Positions 1-10,875 of a DNA stretch of 64,000 nucleotides are shown here, piece by piece. This DNA is from Octopus sinensis (lineage: Eukaryota), in the NCBI RefSeq assembly GCF_006345805.1, contig NC_043016.1, positions 31,372,001-31,436,000 of the forward strand. The letters are read 5' to 3'. Every line of letters begins with the position of its first letter. Position 1 is the stretch's first letter. The translations under genes and the position numbers were made by a program. The notes below the pieces were generated by a model, which saw only the letters and a list, made by a program, of their open reading frames with translations, was not told the DNA's origin and did not search any database.

Positions 1-439
1 AGGAGGAGGTGATAAGTGGCAGTGCAGGAAGAATGGAATGCAGAAGTATAAATCTGGGAATAGATCAGAAAATAGGGAGATGATGTACAGGCTGGGAGGG
101 TGGCAGGAGCGAAAGAGTGAGAGCGAGAATGAGAGAGAAAGTGTGTGTGTATGTGTGTGTCTGTTTTCTGTGTCAACCTTCCTTTGATTCCACTGCACAT
201 ACGTTTTTATATCCATAAACTGCACTGTATGTGTGTGTGTGTGTGTGAGTTTGTGTGTATCATCATCATCATTATCATCATTTAGCATCTGTTTTCCATG
301 CTGGTGATTTGACTAGAACTCGTAAGCCGGAGAGCTGTACCATGCTCCAATATTTTTAGGCTTGGTTTCTATGGTTGGATGTCCTTCCTAATGCCAGCCA
401 CTCCACAAAGTGTAGTGGGTACCTTTAACGTATCACTGG

Positions 440-476
<37 letters not shown>

Positions 477-508
477 TTTATTTAAAGCAGCAGAAAATTC
501 AACAAAAC

Positions 509-546
509 CTGTTACTCTGAGTTTCACCTTCCCGTTCGTCGGACAG
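509..546 (-). ncRNA. degenerate type I hammerhead ribozyme motif
   Basis: Minus strand reads CTGT-CCGACGA-ACG GGAA GGT-GAAAC TCAGA GTA-ACAG. Stem I is CTGT/ACAG, stem III is palindromic (ACTC-A-GAGT) and the triplet is GUA. The core has U4->C and stem II has a G.G mismatch. Confidence 0.6.
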
Positions 547-604
547 TTTTTGCTAGAATAGAACCGATATATATATATATAGATATATATGTATATATAT
601 CAGT

Positions 605-740
605 AGAGGTAGACCCAGGAAGACTTGGGATGAGGTGACGAAGCATGATCTTCAAACATTGAGCCTCACTGAGGCAATGACAAGCGATCAAGACCTTTGG
701 AGATATGCTGCGCTTGAGAAGACCCGGCAAGCCTAGTGAG
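605..740 (+). mobile_element. RTE-clade LINE 3' end fragment
   Basis: Translates RGRPRKTWDEVTKHDLQTLSLTEAMTSDQDLWRYAALEKTRQA*, the typical C-terminus of an RTE ORF. Similar copies at 13705, 17600, 10040(-) and 53640(-). Confidence 0.8.
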
Positions 741-989
741 ATCATAGCCATGGCTGATGTCAGTGCCGCATGACTGGCCCATTTAAAAGCACCCTTCAAT
801 CATCAGGCAATATGCCGAGCTTGTAAAGACCTGTTGAACCAAGTGAAATCATAGTCATAGCTGATGCCAGTGCCACCTGACTGGCACCTATGCAGGTGGC
901 ACATAAAAAGCATCATTCGAGCACGTAAAAAGTACCATTTGAGTGTGGTTGATGCCAGTGCTGCCTGGCTGGCTCTTGTGTAGGTGTGC

Positions 990-1162
990 ATGTAAAAAAC
1001 ACCCACTACTCTCTTGGAGTGGTTGGCATTAGGAAGGGCATCCAGCTGTAGAAACATTGCCAGGTCAGATTGGAGCCTGGTGCAGCCTCCCAGTTTGCCA
1101 GCCCTCAGTCAAACCATCCAACCCATGCCAGCATGGAAACGGATATTAAACGATGATGATGA
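990..1162 (-). mobile_element. abundant SINE-like repeat with (CAT/GAT)n end (representative copy)
   Basis: GGAGTGGTTGGCATTAGGAAGGGCATCCAGCTGTAGAAAC...CATGCCAGCATGGAAACGGATATTAAACGATGATG recurs more than 20 times in both orientations (e.g. 9720, 13490, 14290, 15190, 27245, 28660, 32630, 41970, 53400). Confidence 0.8.
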
Positions 1163-1224
1163 TATATATATATGTGTGTGTGTGTGTGTATATATATATA
1201 TAGATCTTCATTACAATATCATAA

Positions 1225-1665
1225 ATCAGGAGAAGCAAAGGTGGTCTCAAACAGAAGCAGCACAAATATAAATAATATCAATGCCAACACAGGGACACAA
1301 ACTAAAATTTATGTCGGATTTTGTGAATCCAGATTTTAAATTCACCATAACAACCACAGATCTTCTTTCAGGGTGCCGGAAAGACACAACACAACACTTG
1401 CAGCATACGTATGGAACCTAAAGGACAATCATACACCCTTTAACATCAGGTGGAAATTATTGGGAACCTGTGGACCCTAAAGTAATGAAACAAGACTGTG
1501 TAAATTGTGTTTGGCAGAAAGATTTATAATTCTCATGAACTTACATGAGCCAGGGGAGTTGTCCACATTTTCAGAAATTTTTACTTCAAAATTGGAAAAC
1601 CTAGCTATCAAGCGAAGGAAGACAACTCGCCCAGCCATATTTTTAAAGAGGATTATTTCTTGAAC
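1225..1665 (+). mobile_element. Penelope-like element GIY-YIG endonuclease remnant
   Basis: One frame reads TKIYVGFCESRF*IHHNNHRSSFRVPERHNTTLAAYVWNLKDNHTPFNIRWKLLGTCGP*SNETRLCKLCLAERFIIL. YVG, NH..SF, L..YVW.LK and C.LCL.E motifs match PLE endonucleases; two in-frame stops. Confidence 0.8.
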
Positions 1666-1720
1666 TATCACCGGCATTCTTGTATTTTAAAACCAACATT
1701 CTTTGCAGAGAACAGTTACT

Positions 1721-1780
1721 GTTTAGAGAAACTGAAGAGATGTCTAGTTCACGTATGAAACCAATGGTTTTTTTCTAAAC
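1721..1780 (+). ncRNA. type I hammerhead ribozyme motif 3' of the PLE endonuclease
   Basis: GTTTAGAGAAA-CTGAAGA-[18 nt, weak stem II]-GAAAC CAATG GTT-TTTTTCTAAAC. Stem I is 11 bp (one G-U), stem III is palindromic (ACCA-A-TGGT) and the triplet is GUU. Confidence 0.7.
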
Positions 1781-2515
1781 TTACATTACGTATATGCAAA
1801 TACACACACACACACACACACACATATCATTATGTGAAAGCACAGTAGTTTTGAGGTTAGGTTTTGTGCTCGCAACTGCTGGTCACAAGTTTGATTCTTG
1901 GACTAGATGGTACATTCTGTTCTTGAGCAAGATACTTTATTTCACATTACTCCAGTATACTCAGCTGAAAAAGAGTATGAGGCACCTGGGGCTTGACTTT
2001 ACAATGAATTTCTCATCTACTCAGAGTTCTGTAGTCTCAACTTAAATGCCTTGGAAATTCAAATAGACTATGACCTCAGAAACCTACAGACAGATTTTAT
2101 ATATCATTAATGCTTAAATGGTTTTCATGTCCATGTGAGGAAATGTTTGATATTACAATACATGTAGCCTTCCAAGTCTAAGGAAAAGGGGATTAACGTT
2201 TGATAAGATGGAATAAAGAGGTGAGTAGTTCCAAGCAGATGTAATTCTGCAGAGGTTGTTTGCTCAGAATGCATGATACTGAGATGTTATGCAAGACTAG
2301 GTAGGACTTGTAGGGGAGATGTATGCGTAGGTAAAAGTTTACTATACAGTGAGAAATTTTAAAGTCTGTTGTAGATCTGACAAAGGTGGGAATACAGTGC
2401 AATGGTACACATGTAGCTACAAGTATTATTAACTGCATTTTTGTTGAAATTTCAATGATAAAACTGTGCAAAACAAATTTTTTTAATTACAAGTTTATTT
2501 CCTTTTATTTTGTAG

Positions 2516-2665
2516 GGTGATAATAAAAAAAGTATGAGGAATATACTGAAATCATTTCATGTAGCTGACCATAATATAGATTTTTCACTGAAATTACTGA
2601 ATAAAGAAGAACCATTAGAAAATATTAGAAAGTCTTTGGAATTTTTACTAAAATCATCAAGAAAG
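2516..2665 (+). CDS. EIF2AK4: GCN2 (eIF2-alpha kinase 4) coding exon, HisRS-like domain
   Basis: tttgtag| ... aag|gtaaag, 150 nt, phase 0/0. Encodes GDNKKSMRNILKSFHVADHNIDFSLKLLNKEEPLENIRKSLEFLLKSSRK and joins downstream exons in frame. Confidence 0.8.
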
Positions 2666-3980
2666 GTAAAGAAAAAACCTTTTTGCCATTCTTATTTTGC
2701 CAAATTAAATGTGTGTTTTTCTGTATGCCTTTTTGCTTTTTGTTAAATACCAGAAGAGATGTTATTAGAGAGAGAGAAAAAGAGAGGCAGTGAGAGAGAT
2801 AAATTCAGACAGGTTAGACACCAGAAGTGATAAAACATCCATCTTGCTCTGTTATTGTTTCTTTGATCTAAATGTAATAAATAATCTAATGAGAAGTTAG
2901 TAACAGACATGCTTCTGAATTTAGGTAGTAATGGAGGTGAAGGATGCAGAAAGTTTGTCACAGAAACTGAAAGGTTGAGTTGAAGAAAACATTAGAAACC
3001 TCGCTTCCTATGGCAATATTATTTTATTGATGTGGTTTGTGTGTGTTGTACCTTGAGCAAGTGTCTTCTACACTAGCCCTGGGCTGATCAAAGCCTTGTG
3101 AGTGGATTTGCTAGATGGAAACTGAATGATTCCTGTTATGTGTACATAAGAAGCCTGCTGACTATTTGCAATGTCTGTGTCTGAAAAGACATCGATATTC
3201 TATAAATCATGGCAGTGAGTTTGGCTGGTTTACAGGCACAAGATTCCTACTGAGGAAGTCCAGTAGACTAAAATCATGTGATCTGGCAGTTCTGGCACCC
3301 AGAACAGACGATTCTTGTCTGTTGCAATTTATGCCTGTGTTTTTATGCTCCATGCACCTATATATGACCTTTCAAAGCCAATACTGTCCTTTCAAAGTTG
3401 ATACTGTCGTATTTGGCATTCTAACAAGAGCATCCATGTTAAGTTGGATATAAAGAATGCCTTTTCATACTAATACTGCTTCCGTTGTTAATAATCATAT
3501 ATACACATTACAAACATCATTGTTGTTTTATGTTCATTTTTCCTTGCTGGCATGAGTTGAACACAACATCATATCACACACATATGTATGTATACACATT
3601 AAAGAGTGTATTTAATGTATTTTTCATGACACCAGCACTAGAGAAATACCATGTCCTCATCATGACATGCTTGCTTGTTCACATCTTCACAGAGTGAGAA
3701 GCTTAAGTGATAGAGGCAACAATGATAGTGATGAGAGAGCTATGTGAAAGTGTGATGAATGCAAAGAATATTCATTATTCTGAGATAGGTTGAAATAAAA
3801 ACATATATTGGGTCATTTTCAATAGAGACCTTTTGCATTTCCAGAATCTGTTTATGCTGTAAATTAGGATGTGATCCAATGCAAGAATTTTTTTCAGAAA
3901 AGAATTGTTGCAAAGTTTAATTTCCTTCTCTTTCTGTTGTTACAGTACCATTTATTGTCTCTGCTTTAAAATTCTTTTTG

Positions 3981-4205
3981 CCCTTTTAGCATTCAGATTA
4001 TTCTGTCAAATGTAATGCTTATTTATTTGCATCGTTTTTAATTAATCATGCTTTGTCTCATAGCTTTGAGATTTTGATGATGTGATTGTATATTCTTACA
4101 ATGACATTGTAGGATAATTATAAGAGGTCAGATTTGGCCAGTTTGAACATAAAACAGGTAGAATATTTGGGTCAGACAAGACTGGTTTATTTGCTAAACA
4201 GTTAA
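3981..4205. mobile_element. piggyBac-like MITE ((TTAA)CCCTTTAGCATT family)
   Basis: Ends resemble TTAACCCTTTAGCATT...AATGCTAAAGGGTTAA. Further copies at 10930-11294 (split by a SINE), 19540-19926 (tandem pair) and about 35590. Confidence 0.65.
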
Positions 4206-4802
4206 GGTTACTCAGTATGGTTTTTAACAGTAATGTGAACAAAGATTGCTCTGACTTTCTTACACCAGTTTCATTACAAATAGGTTCATGAACTTGGTCA
4301 AAATAAATCAACATTCTCAATTGTAGCACTACCAATAATAGCTCCAGCAGTATTATAATTTCTTCGGTAGGTTATAGTACTGACTTCTTCAGGAGTCTGA
4401 AGCTTTAATTTGAATATATTTCTAACTATAACAGCAGAAGGCAGGCAAAGTGTATATTGCATATAATCATATGGAGAAGTAATCACAGAAGGTTGTTGGT
4501 TTAAGCGTTTCTGATCCTCTTCCTGTAAGAAAATATGTCTTTGGGCATGGTGCCAGTGGAGGTCATTTGCAATGCATTGAAAGATATTTTAAAATTTTAA
4601 TGGGGAATTAGCAAAGTAAAAAATGCTTATAAAGAGTGAGATAAATATTTTAGCTTTTTTGACTACTGCGTAGGATTTAGATATTTTGGATAGCTTAAGC
4701 ATACATTAAACATGAAAATTTCCTTTTTTTTTTTATTAAATTTATTCAGTCTAAAAGCCAAATTTCCTTCAAATAGTTATCAATCAAATGAGTCACATAT
4801 TT

Positions 4803-5028
4803 TTAACCCTTTCGTTACTGTATTTATTTTGAGATGCTCTGTGTTTCTTTCAGTTATTTTTAATATAACAAAGAATTTAGTAAAATAACTTAGTTATCAT
4901 TAAGCTAGTGTTAGGAATGTAAATTGTGACTAAGGTTTAGTGGAATATTTTAATTCAAAACTTATGAAAACAAGACATTTTACCACAGAGCCCGAGCCAG
5001 ATTTGACTGGGTTAGTAACAAAAGGGTT
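4803..5028. mobile_element. piggyBac-like MITE, second family
   Basis: Inverted termini TTAACCCTTTCGTTACT ... AGTAACAAAAGGGTT. Confidence 0.6.
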
Positions 5029-5323
5029 GTCTCAAATTTTTGAATTTGCCATGTTCTCACTGAAGAGTGGAACAACACAGTTTGAACACTGATCGTGTGT
5101 TGAAGCTTGTTTCCAATTGATAAACATGTCAACCTATTCCTATAAAATCTCGGCATTTGGTCTACTGTCTCCATGTCATTGGAATCTGCAGAAGCCAAAC
5201 TAACTTTTGCTACTCCACAACAATGACAGCTTAAAACTATATTGAAATTATTGTTGTTGCTATTTTGGAAGTATTCTAATTTATATATTTTTCGTTTCAA
5301 TATAAATAAAACAACCATTGAAG

Positions 5324-5404
5324 ATATCAGATCTTGCATACAGAGGAATCGATCAACTGGAAAAGGTCTTGCAATACTGTGAAATGTTTGGAATAACAAG
5401 TACA
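5324..5404 (+). CDS. EIF2AK4: GCN2 coding exon
   Basis: gaag|ATA ... ACA|gtaagt, 81 nt. ISDLAYRGIDQLEKVLQYCEMFGITST aligns without gaps to recalled human IAQLVKYGLKDLEEVVGLLKKLGIKLQ. The acceptor is weak (AAG). Confidence 0.8.
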
Positions 5405-5544
5405 GTAAGTAATTTATCATCTTTATAAATATTACTGTAAGATGTTTATTGCTAAGACTAGCATAAAATTATTTGGTTACTTTGGAGGAATTCTTTCTTT
5501 CACAATTATATATTAGTGTGATGAAATAATTTATTCAATATAGG

Positions 5545-5850
5545 CACAGGCATGGCTGTTTGGTAAGAAGCTTGCTTCCCAACCACATGGTTCCAGGTTC
5601 AGTCTGACTGCATGGCACCTTGGGCAAGTGCCTTCTACTATAGCCTCAGGCTGACCAAAGCCTTGTGTCTGTATTTGTCTCTCCACCATCACTTGACAAC
5701 TGATATTGGCTGTTTATGTTTCTGTAACTTAGCGGTTTGGCCAAAGAGATCGATAGAATAAGTACTAGGCTTACAAAGAATAGCCCTGAGGTCGATTTGT
5801 TCAACTAAAACCCCTTATGGTGGTGCTCCAGCATGGAGCACTGATACAAA
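5545..5850 (+). mobile_element. tRNA-derived SINE (family with TAGAATAAGTACTAGGCTTACAAAGAATAAG tail)
   Basis: A/B-box-like head (TGGTAAGAAGC...GGTTCAGT) plus a conserved tail. Other copies at 11335-11705, 22445, 25250, 37222-37657, 38770, 48790 (+) and 8075, 15770, 16510, 49945-50265, 58330 (-). Confidence 0.85.
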
Positions 5851-6160
5851 TAAAATGAATAGAATATTAATAAAGATTAATGTATTTAACACATTAATAA
5901 GTTTAAACTTTTTGTGAAATTAATTTTTAAATGAGCAATGATTAAATGATTAATTTGTAATTATGAATGAGTTTTTAAACTATTGCCACAAAATTAATTT
6001 TATATTTAATATTTCATATCAATATAAAACAATTTTAGTCATAAAAATTTTAACACAGTTATAATCATCAAGATCTTTCATATTTTGAACATTATTTATG
6101 TTGTAAAAATCATTAATTTAAAAATAAAGTAAAGTTTCTTCATTTCATTTTTTTTTCCAG

Positions 6161-6310
6161 TTAAAATTTCAGTTAGGTTGTTTACAAAAAGCATATCATT
6201 TTTCTGGAATATTTTTCCAAATGAAATTAAAGTATTACAAAGAAGCTCCAAATGGAAAGAAACGTTTTATCCAACACACCATTGCAAGTGGGGGAAATTA
6301 TGCCCAATTA
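6161..6310 (+). CDS. EIF2AK4: GCN2 coding exon (HisRS-like GGRYD-equivalent region)
   Basis: ttttccag| ... TTA|gtaagt, 150 nt. LKFQLGCLQKAYHFSGIFFQMKLKYYKEAPNGKKRFIQHTIASGGNYAQL compares with recalled human ...QQHNGIIFQ...ILAAGGRYDLL. Confidence 0.88.
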
Positions 6311-6620
6311 GTAAGTCATTAATAGTTTTTTCGCTTTTTTTTCTATCTAAGTTCTAAAGTATACTATGACACCATTGTTTCTTTTCTTTCTATTGGTTGT
6401 GAATGCAGAGAAAAAAAATCATTTAAAAGGAGCTCTCAAGGTGCTTCCATTAGGGGTCCAGACAAATCCCTAGGACAAAACTTCCCAAGTTAAAGTGCAA
6501 AATAGGACAAACCCCTTCAGTTATATTTTTTTCTGATTTTGAACTTTAACACATTTAATACCATTAAAATTTAGAAGAATAAATGTGAGTAACTTATTAC
6601 TGAAGCGATCAAGAAAAATA

Positions 6621-7186
6621 TTGGGTTGTCCAGAAAGTTTGTGTCGATTTTTAAAGGAAAGAAAAAGGTCAATAAATACTTGCCATTACATTTTTAATCA
6701 ACCAAATATGAACCATTTTGTTCCACAATGCGTCTCCATCTGTCCTTTAACTTGAAAATACCCTCTTCCCAGAATTGAGGTGGTTTCATGGCAAAGAATT
6801 CATCAAGGTATCTTTTTACATCATCCAAGGAATTGAAATTTTTACCATTAAGACTATTCTGCAGAGACCTGAATAAGTGGAAATCTGAAGGAGCAATATC
6901 TGGTGAATATGGAGGGTGGGGTAACACATCCCAGCTTAGCTGCAGCAATTTTTGTTTGGTTCCCAAAGCATCAAATGCTGAAAATGAAATTTCTTATCTT
7001 CCATTTTAAAGGGTTACAGAATTAACACAGGTTATAAGGACATAAACCTTCTTCCATGAAAAGATAGCTTAAACTGTGCTCTAAATGGAGGTGTAGTCAA
7101 ATCCTATTTTATGGACCCAACCATGTTCTAAAATAAGTCGAAAGGTAAGCTACTATAAATCGGCACGAACTTTCCGGACAACCCAC
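6621..7186 (-). mobile_element. internally deleted mariner (DD34D) transposon
   Basis: 30 bp TIRs (26/30 identical) flanked by TA on both sides. ORF 6694-6966 encodes the transposase C-terminus WDVLPHPPYSPDIAPSDFHLF...WRRIVEQNGSY. Confidence 0.92.
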
Positions 7187-7189
7187 TAG

Positions 7190-7470
7190 TATAATCTTTC
7201 TTTGTGTTGGTTCTCCCCACATGATCATTGTTATGTCTACCTGAGTACCATAATTTCTAAAGTGGATTATTTATGGAAATGAGTCAATGTTTCTCCTTAT
7301 CCTTACCTGTCTGCATTCTTTCCTTAACAGCTGGTTGTAGTATTGGTCTTCCATTACACTGATGGTTTTTTTTTAGGAAGATATGTTTTTACCTATACAT
7401 GGGTAATTATGGTACTCATGTGGACAAAGCAGTGATCATGTGGAGTGAACCAACACAATGAAAGATTATA
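7190..7470. mobile_element. MITE with about 60 bp imperfect TIRs
   Basis: TATAATCTTTCTTTGTGTTGGTTC...GAGTACCATAATT is inverted relative to AATTATGGTACTC...GAACCAACACAATGAAAGATTATA. Confidence 0.55.
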
Positions 7471-7641
7471 ATATTTTTCATGATTATTCTAGTTATAAAT
7501 TATTTAAATTATATTTTTTTCTTCTAATTTTAAATGATATTTCATGGTATCGTATATTTCATGTTCAAAAACAGAAAAAATATAACTTAGGAGAATTTTG
7601 TCCTATTTTACACTTTAATTTAGTGGGTTTTGTCCCGTTGG

Positions 7642-7801
7642 GTTTCTTCATTTCGTTTTTTTTTTTTTTCCAGTTAAAATTCCAGTTAGGTTGTTTACAA
7701 AAAGCATATCATTTTTCTGGAATATTTTTCCAAACGAAATTAAAGTATTACATAGAAGCTCCAAATGGAAAGAAACATTTTATCCAACACACCATTGCAA
7801 G
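7642..7801 (+). pseudogene. partial duplicate of GCN2 exon 6161-6310 with its acceptor
   Basis: 128 exon nt with 4 substitutions relative to 6161-6288, plus the polypyrimidine tract and CAG. It lacks the last 22 nt and the donor. Confidence 0.85.
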
Positions 7802-8877
7802 GATGATAATGCTAATAGAAGCATTATCATCCTTTAATGTCCATTTAATTTTCATGTTTGCATGAGTTAGACAGAATTTGTTGATGTGGATTTTCTAAGG
7901 CCGGATACCCTTCTCATCACTAAACTTCACCTGTTTCCAAGTAAAGTAATACTTCCCTATGCTCAAACATATTTTTCATGAAAGACTGGGAGCAACAACC
8001 CCACATGTATGACAGTGATGCTTACTTACAACCATCAAGTAATGTCTAGACAAGGGTGCTTATAAACACACACACACACACACTTCTTTCAGTTCCTGCC
8101 TACCAAATCCACTCTTAAGGCTTTGGTTGACCTGCAGCTATAATAGAAGACACTTGCCCAAGGTGCTGTGCAATGGGACTGAACCCAAAACCACATTGTT
8201 CAGAAGCAAGCTTCTTAACCATACTGTCCAGCACTATTTATTTTTTTTTAAAGTTTTATCTTTTTAGTGGTGTTTTTTCGAATCTACTCTTAATTTGACA
8301 AACAACACTTTTATGTTTATTTTTTCATTCCATATCTCCTCTGTTTTGTTTTCACGAAAGCACTCAGACCACTCTGTAAGGTGTTTGGTGTTAAGAAGGG
8401 CATCCCAGTTATAAAAAAGCCTGCCAAATAGACAGTGAAATCTGGTGCAGTCTTCTGCCTAGCCAGCCCCCTGTCAAACCATACAGTCCATGCCAGCATG
8501 GAAAATGGACGCTAAATGACAATGAGGACAGTGGCAGCTGCTCCTCTCCTCCACCCTCCCTCCCTCTCTTCTCTCAATTATTCCTTTATTGCACAGTAGT
8601 TTTCTTTTGTGCATCTATTCTTTTTCTTCTTCAGTGTTATCAAGAATATAATTCAATGTGTGAAGAATTTAATCTTTCAGGCATTAAAAAAGAGAATTAG
8701 TGTTAAAATAATTGTCATGGCACCAAAAATAATTCTAACTAAAAAAGAAAAAAAATATATATGTGACTTTGCGTGTACTTAAATTATTACCTTAGCTAAA
8801 ACATGCACTTCTAATGAGATATCAATTTTATGTTATGGGCATTTTTTTAAAGAATATATAAAATGCTTTATTTAATT

Positions 8878-9236
8878 ACTAGCACTATGACCTGGCAACG
8901 CCGGGTCATACTGCCAGTGCATGCATATACAGCTGCGTGCGTGCGCACATACACATGAGTATTGTCCAAATCTCTGACCAATCACATACAGCTAGCTGGC
9001 ATTCAATTGGCGTATCAAATTTTGGGCATTTTGATTGGGTTTTGGATAGAAAATTCACAAAAAAGTCACTTCTATTTTAATGGCTTTGTGGGGTGACTGG
9101 GGAAATGTAAAGATGTGCACAACCACCCTTGGACGGTTTTGAATGACCATAGAAAGTGCGAGTCCTCTAACTGAAAAATTGTGGATTTGTATAAAGGACA
9201 CACACACAGACATTTTGCCGTTTATGTATATAGAGA
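8878..9236 (-). mobile_element. non-autonomous Helitron
   Basis: On the minus strand: 5' TC after A, subterminal hairpin GACCCGGCGTTGCCAGGTC, 3' CTAG before T. Same terminal design as 22933-23315. Confidence 0.75.
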
Positions 9237-9272
9237 TGTTTAACTTTTTCTTTCTTTCTTTGCTTTCTGCAG

Positions 9273-9386
9273 GTTCAAAAATTTAAATCTTCTTCTCAAA
9301 CTGCTAACTTACCAACAATACAGCCTAATGTAGTTGGAGCTCTTATAGCATTTGACGTGCTTGTTCATATATTATATGAAGAGAAG
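9273..9386 (+). CDS. EIF2AK4: GCN2 coding exon
   Basis: ttctgcag| ... AAG|gtaatt, 114 nt. VQKFKSSSQTANLPTIQPNVVGALIAFDVLVHILYEEK compares with recalled human AIGVSIAIDKI. Confidence 0.88.
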
Positions 9387-10197
9387 GTAATTATTTGATT
9401 CAATAATTTTAATTTATGTGTGTTTACTTTTGTAAATATTCTAATATTCCAATTTCAGTTTTAACATTTTGAGAGTTTTTTTTATTTCTTTATTGTTAGT
9501 TTTTGATTCAGCTATAGAATAGTGTTTATTGTGTGAAGTAGGCTGGAGCAGCTAAAGTGATAATATTCTTCATTGATGAAGAAATTTATACTCCATATAA
9601 AGTATAGATTCAGTAAAAATATGTGGTATAGATGAAATTACATACAGCTGTGAAACATTGACAGTGAATTGTCTTGACAGCAATCATCATCATCATTTAA
9701 CATCTGTTTTCCATGCTGGCATGTGTTGATTGGTTTGACTGGAGTTGGTCATCTGAAGAGCTGCCTAGGCTTCATGTCCATTTTGGCATGATATCTATGG
9801 CTGAATGCCCTTCCTAATGCCAACCACTTTCCAGAGTGTATTTGGTGCTTTTACGCAGCACCAGCACAGGTGCATCTATGCAGCAATGGTATAGGTGCTA
9901 TTTATGTGGCACCAACACCCATGAGCCCACAAGATTAGGAATGCTCAGCTGGAGAGGGATGCAGGGGACAAGCCTGTATGCAAGGACAATCACATATTTA
10001 CTCAGTTTGATGTCTCCTCAAGTACAGTAAACCACCAGAAGTCTTAGTCTCCTGTCATCCACTATGTGAGTCCCAACATCTATAGATCCTTTCTTACCAC
10101 TTCGTCCCATGTCATCCTGAGTCTACCCGTCCCACATGTTCCCTCTACATTTAGAGGTTGACACCTTTTGACACAACTCTTTATACGCATAAATATA

Positions 10198-10239
<42 letters not shown>

Positions 10240-10299
10240 GCATAAATATATTAAATATATATTTAGATAATTTAATTTTTGTTTACCTGTCATCTAGAT

Positions 10300-10641
10300 C
10301 AGGGTTTTCAACCATTTTTTTACCTATGGATCCCTTTGATTACTATTTTATTCTGGTGGACCCCACCCCATAGCCATTCTATGTCTAAAAACTAGTTTTA
10401 TAGAAACTTCTTTCAGAATTCCTACATTAACTTGTGTAGGTTGAACCATGTAAAATGTTTGAGAAAGAATCCTAGCTATTTCTTGCAATACATACCAATA
10501 CATATGCCTAAAGCAAACATTTTTTCATGGCCCTTAAAATACCATTGTGGATCTCCAGTTTACTATTTTGTTGCATGGACCCTCCCAAAAGTCTTATATT
10601 GGATCCTCAGGGGCTATATGGACCCTGGCTGAGAACCACTG
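10300..10641. mobile_element. hAT (Charlie-like) MITE
   Basis: Termini CAGGGTTTTCAACC / GCTGAGAACCACTG with a perfect 8 bp TSD ATCTAGAT (10292-10299 and 10642-10649). Confidence 0.85.
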
Positions 10642-10740
10642 ATCTAGATCAACCAAATGGCAATTTTCCTTTAAAATTATCTTGTTCCACCATTACTTTA
10701 TCGTTTTATTTTATTTTTCTCTTTCTTTTAATGTATGCAG

Positions 10741-10875
10741 TATGAAATACCAAATAAATCTGACTATTTAATATGTTCTATGGAAGAAAAAGTAAATCCA
10801 AAACAAAGATTCCAAAGAGCCTTAAAATATTGGGATAAGAACATATCTGGAACACTTTTATATGAAACCCAAGAG
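10741..10875 (+). CDS. EIF2AK4: GCN2 coding exon ending at a GC donor
   Basis: gcag|TAT ... GAG|gcaagt, 135 nt. Encodes YEIPNKSDYLICSMEEKVNPKQRFQRALKYWDKNISGTLLYETQE. Only the GC donor keeps frame with the next exon. Confidence 0.82.

Larger units (their letters stand above)
6468..7642. mobile_element. non-autonomous DNA transposon with long imperfect TIRs (MULE/foldback-like), hosting nested elements
   Basis: Left CCCTAGGACAAAAC...AAATAGGACAAA...GTTATATTTTTTTCTG is the imperfect reverse complement of 7575-7642; similarity extends about 150 bp. Confidence 0.6.

Noticed and set aside
4096-4486. Two overlapping minus-strand ORFs suggesting a nested gene
   Set aside because: Partly inside a piggyBac-like MITE; no in-frame exon chain could be built.
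4980-5420. 146 aa minus-strand ORF
   Set aside because: Antisense to GCN2 exon 5324-5404 and ends in a MITE; no recognisable motif or convincing splice structure.
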